From assembly GCA_021129785.1 (NCBI GenBank), contig JAJOKQ010000136.1, positions 4,132-35,701 on the forward strand: 31,570 nucleotides of DNA, written 5' to 3'. A program made the position numbers and the translations under genes. Below the pieces are notes generated by a model that did not search any database, was not told the origin of the DNA, and saw only the letters and a program-made list of their open reading frames with translations. Below, one piece after another: positions 9,602 through 17,986 of this stretch. This DNA comes from Clostridiales bacterium (GTDB taxonomy: Bacteria > Bacillota > Clostridia > Peptostreptococcales > NVVX01). The stretch's first letter is position 1, and each line of letters starts with the position of its first letter.

Positions 9602-11356
9602 TTGAAAAAAACGAAAATTGTATGTACAATTGGACCAGCAAGTGAGCGGAAAGAAATCTTTACAAAACTTGTATTAGAGGGGCTTAACGTTGCACGCCTA
9701 AACTTTTCACATGGAGATCATGATGAACATGGTAAGAGAATAAAAATGATTAAAGAGGTAAGAGAAGAACTAGATAATCCTGTGGCAATTCTATTAGATA
9801 CGAAAGGACCAGAAATTAGAACAGGTAAGTTTAGAGATCCAGAAGTATATTTAGAAGAAGGCAATAAATTTACAATAACTTCTAGAGATGTGTTAGGAGA
9901 CGAAAGAATTTGTTCGGTTACTTATGCAGACATAGCAAAGGATCTTAAAGTAGGCGACACTATTTTGATTGATGATGGGTTAGTAGGACTTGAAGTAGAT
10001 GAAATTATTGGTGGCACTGACATTGTATGTACGGTACAAAATTCTGGGATAGTAAAAAACCACAAAGGCGTAAATCTACCAGGAGTAAAAATAAATTTGC
10101 CAGCTTTAACTGAAAAAGACATTAGCGATATTATATTTGGAGTAGAAAATGATATTGATTATATCGCTGCTTCATTTATTAGAAAAGCAGTTGATGTATT
10201 GTCTATTAGAGAGATACTAGAAAAGAAAAATGCACAACATATTCAAATTATTTCTAAAATTGAAAACCAAGAAGGTATGGACAATCTAGATGCGATTATT
10301 GAAGTTTCTGATGGAATAATGGTTGCAAGAGGTGATTTAGGTATAGAAATACCAACGGAAGAAATACCTCTAGCACAAAAAGAGATGATTCGCAAATGCA
10401 ACCTTGTGGGAAAACCTGTAATAACAGCAACTCAAATGCTAGATTCTATGATGAGAAACCCTAGACCAACAAGAGCAGAAGTAACAGACATTGCCAACGC
10501 AATTTTTGATGGGACAGATGCAATTATGTTATCAGGAGAAACAGCAGCTGGAAAATATCCAATTGAATCAATAAGAACAATGTCAAATATAGCCAAAAGA
10601 ACAGAAGAAGCTCTTGAGTATAACGGCTTTATAAAAATAATGATGCAAAGGGAAAAATGTACTATAACAGATGCAATAAGTCATGCAACTTGTAGTACAG
10701 CAAAAGACTTAGTGGCATCAGCGATTATTACTGCTACCTCTTCGGGGAATACAGCAATAAATGTTTCAAAATTTAGACCTAAAACACCAATTATTGCAAC
10801 GACAACAACAGAAAGAGTAAGAAGAAAACTGAGTCTTATCTGGGGAGTTTACTCTGTAATAACTGAAGAGCATAAATCTACTGACCATATAATAGAATCG
10901 TCAGTACAAAAAGCGATAGAAAACAATATGATTAAAAACGGTGATTTAGTAGTTATTACAGCGGGAGTGCCGGTAGGACAAGCAGGAACTACAAATTTAA
11001 TAAAAGTACATGTTGTAAGAAAACTACTAGTTCGTGGAACGGGAGTAGGAAAAAAATCAGCAACAGGAAAAGTTGTTGTAGTTAAAAATTCAAGCGACAA
11101 TTTAAAAGACTTTAATAAGGGTGATATTCTAGTTGCTCACTCTACAGCTAAAGATTTAATACCACTGATGGAGATTGCAGGAGCAATCATAACAGAAGAA
11201 GGTGGCTTAACAAGCCATGCAGCAATTGTAGGATTGAACTTTGCTTTACCAACAATAGTAGGAGTTAAAAATGCAACAAAGCTATTTGCAGATGGAGATA
11301 TACTTACAGTTGATGCTTTGACGGGTTCTATTTTCAAAGGTAGAACTCGCGTATAA
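9602..11356 (+). CDS. pyk: Pyruvate kinase with C-terminal PEP-utilising (swivelling His) domain
   Basis: KTKIVCTIGPA, RLNFSHG, MVARGDLG, TQMLDSM and MLSGETA motifs, C-terminal GGLTSHAAIV. TTG start behind GAGGAGG. Confidence 0.97.
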   Translation: MKKTKIVCTIGPASERKEIFTKLVLEGLNVARLNFSHGDHDEHGKRIKMIKEVREELDNPVAILLDTKGPEIRTGKFRDPEVYLEEGNKFTITSRDVLGDERICSVTYADIAKDLKVGDTILIDDGLVGLEVDEIIGGTDIVCTVQNSGIVKNHKGVNLPGVKINLPALTEKDISDIIFGVENDIDYIAASFIRKAVDVLSIREILEKKNAQHIQIISKIENQEGMDNLDAIIEVSDGIMVARGDLGIEIPTEEIPLAQKEMIRKCNLVGKPVITATQMLDSMMRNPRPTRAEVTDIANAIFDGTDAIMLSGETAAGKYPIESIRTMSNIAKRTEEALEYNGFIKIMMQREKCTITDAISHATCSTAKDLVASAIITATSSGNTAINVSKFRPKTPIIATTTTERVRRKLSLIWGVYSVITEEHKSTDHIIESSVQKAIENNMIKNGDLVVITAGVPVGQAGTTNLIKVHVVRKLLVRGTGVGKKSATGKVVVVKNSSDNLKDFNKGDILVAHSTAKDLIPLMEIAGAIITEEGGLTSHAAIVGLNFALPTIVGVKNATKLFADGDILTVDALTGSIFKGRTRV

Positions 11357-11480
11357 TAGATTTAATAAGGCTTTAACACTAACTTAACGTGGAGATAACC
11401 TGCCAGTGATAATATTGTTGTATTATAATTATGAAGTCGATTTAAATATATCCCCCTCCCAATATAATATATATTTTTTT

Positions 11481-11511
11481 GAACTTACATAGTGTGAGTT
11501 CTTCTTTTTTT
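11481..11511 (+). terminator. Intrinsic terminator between pyk and ung
   Basis: Stem GAACTTAC/GTGAGTTC followed by TTCTTTTTTT. Confidence 0.65.
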
Positions 11512-12178
11512 ACTTACTTAGACACCAATTTATTGTGGTTTCATTTACCGATTTCAAAAAATCATTTGTCCTAGAAAAAGGCTTGCTTCCCCAAAAACCT
11601 CTATACGCAGATAGTGGGCTAGGATGTGCAGATTTGATAACTAAGTGTTTAGAATTAGTTATTAATTTATGTTTGGATTTCGCATTATTACCCCATAGAA
11701 TAAATACAACTGGCTTGTTGCGTTCACTAAGAAGAGAAATGACTCTATCAGTGAAAATCTCCCACCCTTTGTTCTTATGCGAATTGGCTGTAGCTTCTCT
11801 TACAGTTAAAACTGAGTTTAGCAATAGAACACCTTCAGTAGCCCATTTCTCTAAACATCCTGTAGTAGGTAAGGGGTATCCTAAATCATCTTTTAGCTCC
11901 TTTAAAATATTTACTAAAGATGGTGGAGATTTAATTCCCTCTTTGACTGAAAAACTCAAACCATGAGCTTGACTTTTGCCATGATAAGGATCTTGTCCTA
12001 GAATTACAACTTTTACATCATTGTATGCAGTTAAATTGAAAGCATTGAAAATATCACTTCTATCAGGATACACGGTATTGTTTTCGTATTCATACTTTAA
12101 GAACTTTTTTAGTTTTATGTAATAATCTTTCTTAAATTCACTTGTCAACAGTTGGGTCCAATCATTTTTAAGTAGCAT
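11510..12178 (-). CDS. ung: Uracil-DNA glycosylase (family 1)
   Basis: [30 protein letters not shown] and HPSPLS motifs. RBS GGAGAGGTGA. Confidence 0.96.
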   Translation of the reverse strand: MLLKNDWTQLLTSEFKKDYYIKLKKFLKYEYENNTVYPDRSDIFNAFNLTAYNDVKVVILGQDPYHGKSQAHGLSFSVKEGIKSPPSLVNILKELKDDLGYPLPTTGCLEKWATEGVLLLNSVLTVREATANSHKNKGWEIFTDRVISLLSERNKPVVFILWGNNAKSKHKLITNSKHLVIKSAHPSPLSAYRGFWGSKPFSRTNDFLKSVNETTINWCLSK

Positions 12179-12272
12179 AAAAAATCACCTCTCCTAATTG
12201 TATCATATACTATTGTATTTATTAAACGCTACTTTATTTAATGACAAGTTAATACTAATCTCTCTTTAGATG

Positions 12273-12281
12273 TGTTAAAAT
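12273..12281 (+). promoter_or_regulatory. Extended -10 element for fxsA
   Basis: TGtTAAAAT just upstream of RBS AAGGAG. Confidence 0.45.
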
Positions 12282-12302
12282 AGAGAAAAGGAGTGATGGC
12301 GA

Positions 12303-12698
12303 ATGTTACTAAAACTAATTTTACTATTTACTGCTATCCCAGTAGTTGAATTAGCTTTGCTGCTGGAAGTCAATAAACATATTGGGTTTAATTATACTAT
12401 TTTAATTGTGATAGTGACAGGTGTAGTAGGAACTTATCTTGCAAGAAGTCAAGGCAGAGGAATATTGAATAATATTAAATTCGCGATGAGCCAAGGAGAA
12501 ATACCTGGCGACGAATTAATTAATGGGTTATGTGTAATAGTAGGTGGAGCATTTTTAATTACCCCAGGTCTTCTTACAGATTTTGCAGGTTTCATTCTTG
12601 TAATTCCACATACAAGAATGCTATTAAAGCTATATATTAGAAGTAAAATGAAAGACATGATTCATAGAGGAAGCTTCGTAATGCGCTATAAAGATTAG
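12303..12698 (+). CDS. fxsA: FxsA-family membrane protein
   Basis: IPVVELALL, ARSQG, and GGAFLITPGLLTDFAGFILVIP match the FxsA pattern. Confidence 0.88.
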   Translation: MLLKLILLFTAIPVVELALLLEVNKHIGFNYTILIVIVTGVVGTYLARSQGRGILNNIKFAMSQGEIPGDELINGLCVIVGGAFLITPGLLTDFAGFILVIPHTRMLLKLYIRSKMKDMIHRGSFVMRYKD

Positions 12699-12765
12699 AA
12701 TCATTTTAAATTATAGGCATTACCCACTACCTCGAAAATTATAACAGAGAGAGGGCGGTATCTTA

Positions 12766-13776
12766 ATGAACAAAAGAAAGTTAGGAAGTACTAATTGGCA
12801 AGTTGGTGTGGTAGGTTTTGGGGGAATACCGATTCAAAGACTAGAAGAAAGAGAAGCAATAGACTTAATACGTCTTGCAATTGAAGAAGGAATGGACTTC
12901 ATTGATACAGCAAGAGCATATGAAAACAGCGAAGAACTAATTGGCAAAGCAATTCAAGGGTATAGATATAATTTATTTATAGCAACAAAATCTATGGCAA
13001 AAAAATATGAATCTATTAAAAATGAGATTATACTGAGCTTGAAAACGCTTAATGTAGACACAATTGACTTGTATCAAACCCACCTAGTAAAGACAAAAGA
13101 GCAGTACGATAAAATAATGTCTGAAAACGGAGCATATAGAGCATTAGAAGAAGCTAAGAAACAGGGTTTAATAAAAGAAATTGGTTTAACTACTCATAGC
13201 TTAGATATTTTAGAAATTGCGATAGAGTCAGGCAAGTTTGCAACAGTACAATTTCCATACAATGTGATTGAAAGACAGGCTGAAGAACTCTTTAAGAGAG
13301 CGTATGAAAAAAACATTGGAGTCATAATTATGAAACCCTTAGCAGGTGGAGCATTAAATGAAGGGAATTTGGCACTAAAATTCATTTTAGAGAATCCACA
13401 TATATCTGTGATTATTCCAGGTATGGACAAAATGGAACAAGTTTATGAAAATGCAGGCGTTGGAAAATACACGATTCCACTTAGACAAGAGGAAAGAGAA
13501 AAACTTGAAGAATTAGCGAAATTATTAGGACAAAAATTTTGTAGAAGATGCGGATACTGCCTACCCTGTCCTCAAGAGATAGACATACCAACAAATCTTC
13601 TCTTTGAAGCATATTACACAAGGTATGACTTGAAAGATTGGGCGAAAGACAGATACTCTACACTTCTACATACAGCATCCGAGTGTATAGAATGCGGAGT
13701 CTGTGAGAAACGTTGCCCATATGATTTGCCAATAATTGAAATGTTAGAAGATGTAGCAAGTGTGTTGGAAGGATGA
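12766..13776 (+). CDS. Aldo/keto reductase with C-terminal 4Fe-4S dicluster domain
   Basis: GFGGIP, FIDTARAYENSE, IDLYQTH and MKPLAGG, plus CRRCGYCLPC and CIECGVCEKRCP. Confidence 0.9.
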   Translation: MNKRKLGSTNWQVGVVGFGGIPIQRLEEREAIDLIRLAIEEGMDFIDTARAYENSEELIGKAIQGYRYNLFIATKSMAKKYESIKNEIILSLKTLNVDTIDLYQTHLVKTKEQYDKIMSENGAYRALEEAKKQGLIKEIGLTTHSLDILEIAIESGKFATVQFPYNVIERQAEELFKRAYEKNIGVIIMKPLAGGALNEGNLALKFILENPHISVIIPGMDKMEQVYENAGVGKYTIPLRQEEREKLEELAKLLGQKFCRRCGYCLPCPQEIDIPTNLLFEAYYTRYDLKDWAKDRYSTLLHTASECIECGVCEKRCPYDLPIIEMLEDVASVLEG

Positions 13777-13786
13777 TAAAAAGATT

Positions 13787-13824
13787 TGTCACCCTGAGCG
13801 AACGTGGTGAGTTGAATGGGTCTC
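13787..13824 (+). repeat. REP-like element (TGTC/CGTC-tagged type), single degenerate copy
   Basis: TGTCACCCTGAGCGAACGTGGTGAGTTGAATGGGTCTC resembles the dispersed repeat TGTCAYCCTGAGC...GAAGGRTCT as I recall it, with ACCC/GGGT arms. Confidence 0.55.
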
Positions 13825-13841
13825 TAAAATAGCAGAGAGTC

Positions 13842-13880
13842 AAAAAAAGAAAACTAGATTGCATCTCTAGTTTTCTTTTT
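13842..13880. terminator. Bidirectional intrinsic terminator between convergent genes
   Basis: AAGAAAACTAGA / TCTAGTTTTCTT perfect stem with flanking A and T tracts. It overlaps the GerMN gene stop. Confidence 0.8.
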
Positions 13881-15195
13881 CTGGATTAATATATCTTGAA
13901 GGTCTTATAGGTTTGCCTATAGGATACCTACCTATAGTGGTAATTTCAGTGTCCTCTACATTAAACTGAACATGCGTTATATTTTCTAGGGAAGAGAAAG
14001 TGTATAAAATTGATTCAACCATTAAATTTTGAAGCACCACATTCTCCTCGTAATATGTTAAAAACGAAGGAGATAAGTCTAATTTTAAGACCTTATCTTC
14101 AATGACGTAATTATTTAAAACAACTTTAGCAGGTATAGTAGGGAGAATATTGAAGCTAAATAGTTCTTTATTGTAATTAAATTGTAATTGTCTAAATATA
14201 TTTTCAATTGAATCAAAGTCGACCATAGGTATTGGAGTAAGTAGAACCCTGTTAGTTTTAGTTCTTGCTCCAACATAGAGATTTGAGTTAGTGAGGTAAT
14301 AAGGTTTATCCATTGCATGACCATGGAATCCATCCTTAACGATTTGATTATTAAAATAAAACTGAACTCTATTTACGGCTGTTATCGTGTTTAGAGAATT
14401 AACTAAACTATATAAAGCAATTCTTGCATCTGTAGAATTGGTTTCAAATCTACCAATATCTGAAGGTAAAAATAACTGTGCAGTCTTATTTTCTAAGCCT
14501 AAACCAATCTTATCGGGTATAAAAGCACCTATTGGCAAACCGATTGATTCATCAACTCCTGCTAGCAAATTATTTAAAGTTGCCCTTAAAGGTCTTATAG
14601 TAAAAGGGATAACACGAGTGATTGGTATCAAATTAATAAACTCAGTATCAGGAAAATATAATATTAGTCCCGTATTATTTCTTGTTATAGATTCTAGAGA
14701 AGGTATATAACTAAAACCTGAATAAAACGTTAGAGAAAAAGATTGTGTAGCTAGTGAAGAATTTATATCTTTAATATTAGGAATAACTTTCAACTCGTAT
14801 TCGCCATCAGGGACATTAATTTGTTCTTGGTCAATAATTACTGTAAAATCTACTATCATGTTATCATTTTGCGTAAGTTGAGAATCATTTTGTCTATTCC
14901 AAACATCCTTTAAATCAATAGCTGTAACAAATAGTTCATTGTGATATAATTCTAAAATGACAGGATTACTTGGTAGTGCAGAAAGGTCAGATGTAGCGCT
15001 TTTATCAAACATTTTTATTGCAACTTTATATTGCGTGTCTTCTAACTCGTCTATGGTAACATTCATTGCAATTTCGACTGGTAGTACAGTTTCTCTAGAT
15101 TCAGGAGCAGATGCAATATCCGCAAAAATTGGCACACCAGTAGCAGTTATACAAACGATAATGATTAGCAAAACATTTTTTATTGTTCTTAGCAT
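13867..15195 (-). CDS. Secreted protein with two GerMN domains (sporulation/germination associated)
   Basis: Signal peptide MLRTIKNVLLIIIVCITATGVPIFA. GerMN-like motifs LYFPD..LIPITR, SLVNSLNTITAVNRVQFYFN and VESILYTFSSLENITHVQFNVE. Start placed at ATG 15195 behind GGAG. Confidence 0.75.
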   Translation of the reverse strand: MLRTIKNVLLIIIVCITATGVPIFADIASAPESRETVLPVEIAMNVTIDELEDTQYKVAIKMFDKSATSDLSALPSNPVILELYHNELFVTAIDLKDVWNRQNDSQLTQNDNMIVDFTVIIDQEQINVPDGEYELKVIPNIKDINSSLATQSFSLTFYSGFSYIPSLESITRNNTGLILYFPDTEFINLIPITRVIPFTIRPLRATLNNLLAGVDESIGLPIGAFIPDKIGLGLENKTAQLFLPSDIGRFETNSTDARIALYSLVNSLNTITAVNRVQFYFNNQIVKDGFHGHAMDKPYYLTNSNLYVGARTKTNRVLLTPIPMVDFDSIENIFRQLQFNYNKELFSFNILPTIPAKVVLNNYVIEDKVLKLDLSPSFLTYYEENVVLQNLMVESILYTFSSLENITHVQFNVEDTEITTIGRYPIGKPIRPSRYINPEKEN

Positions 15196-15335
15196 TCGAT
15201 CAACTCCAATCCTTGCATTAAATACAATATACATATATTATAGAGCATAAAACGATTAAGGTAAACAACAAGTTTCATACAAAATCGGACAAAAACAAAG
15301 ATTAATACAGAAAATTGTGGATTTTGCGTCTATAA

Positions 15336-15342
15336 TTCGACA
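15336..15342 (-). promoter_or_regulatory. Perfect Spo0A box (TGTCGAA) in the divergent GerMN/rlmD intergenic region
   Basis: TTCGACA on the + strand, abutting TATAAT at 15331-15336. Confidence 0.4.
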
Positions 15343-15397
15343 AAACTAAGATTATTGGTGTAAAAATAGAATCAAGTGGAAAAGCGAGGACAAGAAA

Positions 15398-16756
15398 ATG
15401 ATAGAAAAAGGAAAGATATATAATGTTCAAATTGAAAATACAGGAAATAGCGGAGAAGGAGTAGGTAGAATTGACGGGCTAACGGTGTTTGTACAGGGTG
15501 GAATTCCAGAAGATGATTTAAAAATAAAGATAACAACTCTCAAAAAGAAATATGCAGTTGGAGAAATAGTAGAAATACTTAGACCGTCTTCACATAGAGT
15601 AGTTCCTATTTGTAATATAGCCGACAAATGCGGCGGGTGTCAAATTATGCATATGGAATATGCTGAGCAACTAAAACAAAAAAGAAAAAAAGTGAAGGAA
15701 ACACTAAAGCGTATAGGTAAAATTGATGCAGTGGTTCATAATACAATTGGAATGGAAAATCCGTACTTGTACCGTAACAAAGCACAATTTCCAATAGGAA
15801 CAACTAATGGTAAAGTGGAGATAGGTTTCTTTGAAAAAGGGACACATAGTATTGTCAATACAAGCTATTGTCATATACAGCATACGATAAATGAAAGCAT
15901 TGTAAAGGCAATTAGAGAGTACATTAATCTTTATAATGTAAGTATATATAACGAAAAAACTAAAAAAGGTGCACTACGGCATGTTATCACTAGAGTTGGA
16001 GTTAACATAGAAGAAGTTATGGTTGTGTTAGTAACTAACACAAGGGAGGTACCACATAAAAATGGAGTTATTGATATTCTAAGAAAAAATATCTCAGGTT
16101 TAAAAAGCATTGTGCATAACATAAATAATAAAGCAACAAATATAATTTTCGGCGAGAAAACAAAAGTGATTTTTGGATCTGATAAAATTATAGAACAAGT
16201 GGCAGATCTAAAATTCAACATTTCAGCACAATCGTTTTTTCAAGTGAATACAATGCAAACTGAAGTACTTTATAAAAAGGTACTAGAGTTTGCAAATTTA
16301 GATGGATCTGAAAATGTATTTGATTTATATTGCGGCACAGGTAGCATTTCATTGTTTCTAGCCCGAAGAGCTAAAAAGGTTTATGGGATTGAAATTGTAG
16401 AAAAAGCTGTAAACGATGCAAGAGAAAATGCAGAATTAAATCAAATAACAAATGCAGAATTCTTTGCAGGAGATGCAGGAGAAACAGTTGAAAGACTATA
16501 CGACAAAGGGATAACAGCAGACATAGTTGTAGTTGACCCCCCTAGGCGAGGTTGTGATGAAAATCTACTTAGCACAATAATAAAAATGAAGCCACAAAAA
16601 ATAATTTACGTATCATGTAATCCGGCAACACTAGCAAGGGATTTAGCATACTTGTGTGAGAGAGGATACGAGGTTTTAGAAGTGCAACCAGTTGATATGT
16701 TTCCTCATACTTCACATGTGGAGACGGTAGTGGGACTATCAAAGAAAGAGAAGTAA
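15398..16756 (+). CDS. rlmD: 23S rRNA (uracil-1939-C5)-methyltransferase
   Basis: N-terminal TRAM domain, C-x5-CGGC Fe-S motif, YRNK, FFQVN, DLYCGTG, VDPPR, YVSCNPATLARD and DMFPHTSHVETV. Confidence 0.93.
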   Translation: MIEKGKIYNVQIENTGNSGEGVGRIDGLTVFVQGGIPEDDLKIKITTLKKKYAVGEIVEILRPSSHRVVPICNIADKCGGCQIMHMEYAEQLKQKRKKVKETLKRIGKIDAVVHNTIGMENPYLYRNKAQFPIGTTNGKVEIGFFEKGTHSIVNTSYCHIQHTINESIVKAIREYINLYNVSIYNEKTKKGALRHVITRVGVNIEEVMVVLVTNTREVPHKNGVIDILRKNISGLKSIVHNINNKATNIIFGEKTKVIFGSDKIIEQVADLKFNISAQSFFQVNTMQTEVLYKKVLEFANLDGSENVFDLYCGTGSISLFLARRAKKVYGIEIVEKAVNDARENAELNQITNAEFFAGDAGETVERLYDKGITADIVVVDPPRRGCDENLLSTIIKMKPQKIIYVSCNPATLARDLAYLCERGYEVLEVQPVDMFPHTSHVETVVGLSKKEK

Positions 16757-16924
16757 TATTCGCTCAGTTCCCGCTAAATACAAAGCTTTTCACGTTTTCA
16801 TCTGATATAGCAAATTATCGCAATAAACACATGAAAGAGAAGATTACAGTTAGGTTGGGGTTTAGGATTTAAATGTAGGGCTATGATATTGAGCAAAAAA
16901 AAAATATAATCAATCGATATATCG

Positions 16925-16962
16925 AATTCCACTCTAGTAGTCTAAAGTGGAATTTGCTTTTT
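16925..16962 (+). terminator. Intrinsic terminator downstream of rlmD
   Basis: Stem AATTCCACT/AGTGGAATT followed by TGCTTTTT. Confidence 0.7.
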
Positions 16963-17009
16963 ATGAACTGACATTATCACAAGTTAATCATAGATGTTGA
17001 ACGATTTTG

Positions 17010-17038
17010 TTGATTGTTTAAAATTTATCTAGTATAAT
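17010..17038 (+). promoter_or_regulatory. Sigma-A promoter upstream of the HTH pseudogene and BREX operon
   Basis: TTGATT (17010-17015), 17-bp spacer, TATAAT (17033-17038). Confidence 0.7.
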
Positions 17039-17117
17039 AAATCTATGTTTGTATTTGTATCTCGACTGTTTGTATTGAACTATTGTAGAAGGTGGAAATT
17101 TGTGAAGAGGTGATATT

Positions 17118-17328
17118 ATGAATGCGAGTTATAAAAAGTTGTAGAAGCTGATTATTCATAAGGAAATGACTAATGTTGAGGTCAGAAAAGCCACAGGTAT
17201 TAGCCCTGCTACTTTCACAAAGCTAAAAAAAGAATGAAGTTGTATCTCTGGATATTTTGTTGAAGTTATGCAATTACTTGGAAAGTGATATCTGTGATAT
17301 TGTAGAAGCAATAAGAGATGCAAATTAG
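17118..17328 (+). pseudogene. Cro/C1-type HTH transcriptional regulator pseudogene
   Basis: RBS GAGGTGA. Reconstructed as MNASYKKL*KLIIHKEMTNVEVRKATGISPATFTKLKK/NEVVSLDILLKLCNYLESDICDIVEAIRDAN, with TAG at 17142 (family has Trp) and one extra A in the A7 run at 17225-17231. Confidence 0.85.
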
Positions 17329-17353
17329 TGTCCGATTTATGGGGCATAATCTG

Positions 17354-17362
17354 TGCTAGAAT
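17354..17362 (+). promoter_or_regulatory. Extended -10 element directly upstream of brxA
   Basis: TGcTAGAAT about 28 bp before the brxA start. Confidence 0.45.
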
Positions 17363-17389
17363 TAAATGGTACGTGCTGGAGGAATGTAT

Positions 17390-17986
17390 ATGCAGAAATA
17401 TAGTTCGGGACTTGTCTCAGAATCTTTTTGGTTTGTTGAATTCAAACAATTCATAAAACTAATAGTCGCAGGGAAGTCTTGGGATGAAATAAAAGAATTA
17501 TGTCTAAAGGATAATCTACTAGGAATTTCTAAAGAGTATCGTGCAAAGCGAATCATTGGTTATTTGAAAAATCGAGTGCAGGTACTAGAGGATGATCTAC
17601 TAGATTTGTTCTTAACAAGTGATTTGGTAACACAGAAAATTATTACACTGATTGCGATTGCTAAAGGAAATAGATTGTTTAAGGAATTTCTATACGAAGA
17701 ATATAGGGAAAAGTCTATATTAGGTATTGAAGAACTTACAGCAAGTGATGTAAGTATATTTTTTAATAAAAAACAAGACCAGAGTGAAGATATTGCAAAC
17801 TGGACAGATGTAACCTTAAAAAGGCTTCGTAGTTCATATATGAATTTTTTAACGAATGCAGGTTTGCTGACTGTGGTATATGGAAAAAGACTTATTACTC
17901 CTCCAATATTAGATTTTGCATTAGAAAATTATCTAAAGGATAAAGGTGAAATGTATATTGCAAAAGCTGTTACGGGGGTGAGTTAA
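17390..17986 (+). CDS. brxA: BREX protein BrxA (DUF1819)
   Basis: KYSSGLVSESFWFVEF N-terminus and RLFKEFLYEEYREK / WTDVTLKRL motifs, first gene of the BREX order. Start at ATG 17390 behind GGAGG. Confidence 0.88.
   Translation: MQKYSSGLVSESFWFVEFKQFIKLIVAGKSWDEIKELCLKDNLLGISKEYRAKRIIGYLKNRVQVLEDDLLDLFLTSDLVTQKIITLIAIAKGNRLFKEFLYEEYREKSILGIEELTASDVSIFFNKKQDQSEDIANWTDVTLKRLRSSYMNFLTNAGLLTVVYGKRLITPPILDFALENYLKDKGEMYIAKAVTGVS

Noticed and set aside
17156-17347. Minus-strand 63-aa ORF
   Set aside because: It is the shadow of the plus-strand HTH pseudogene.
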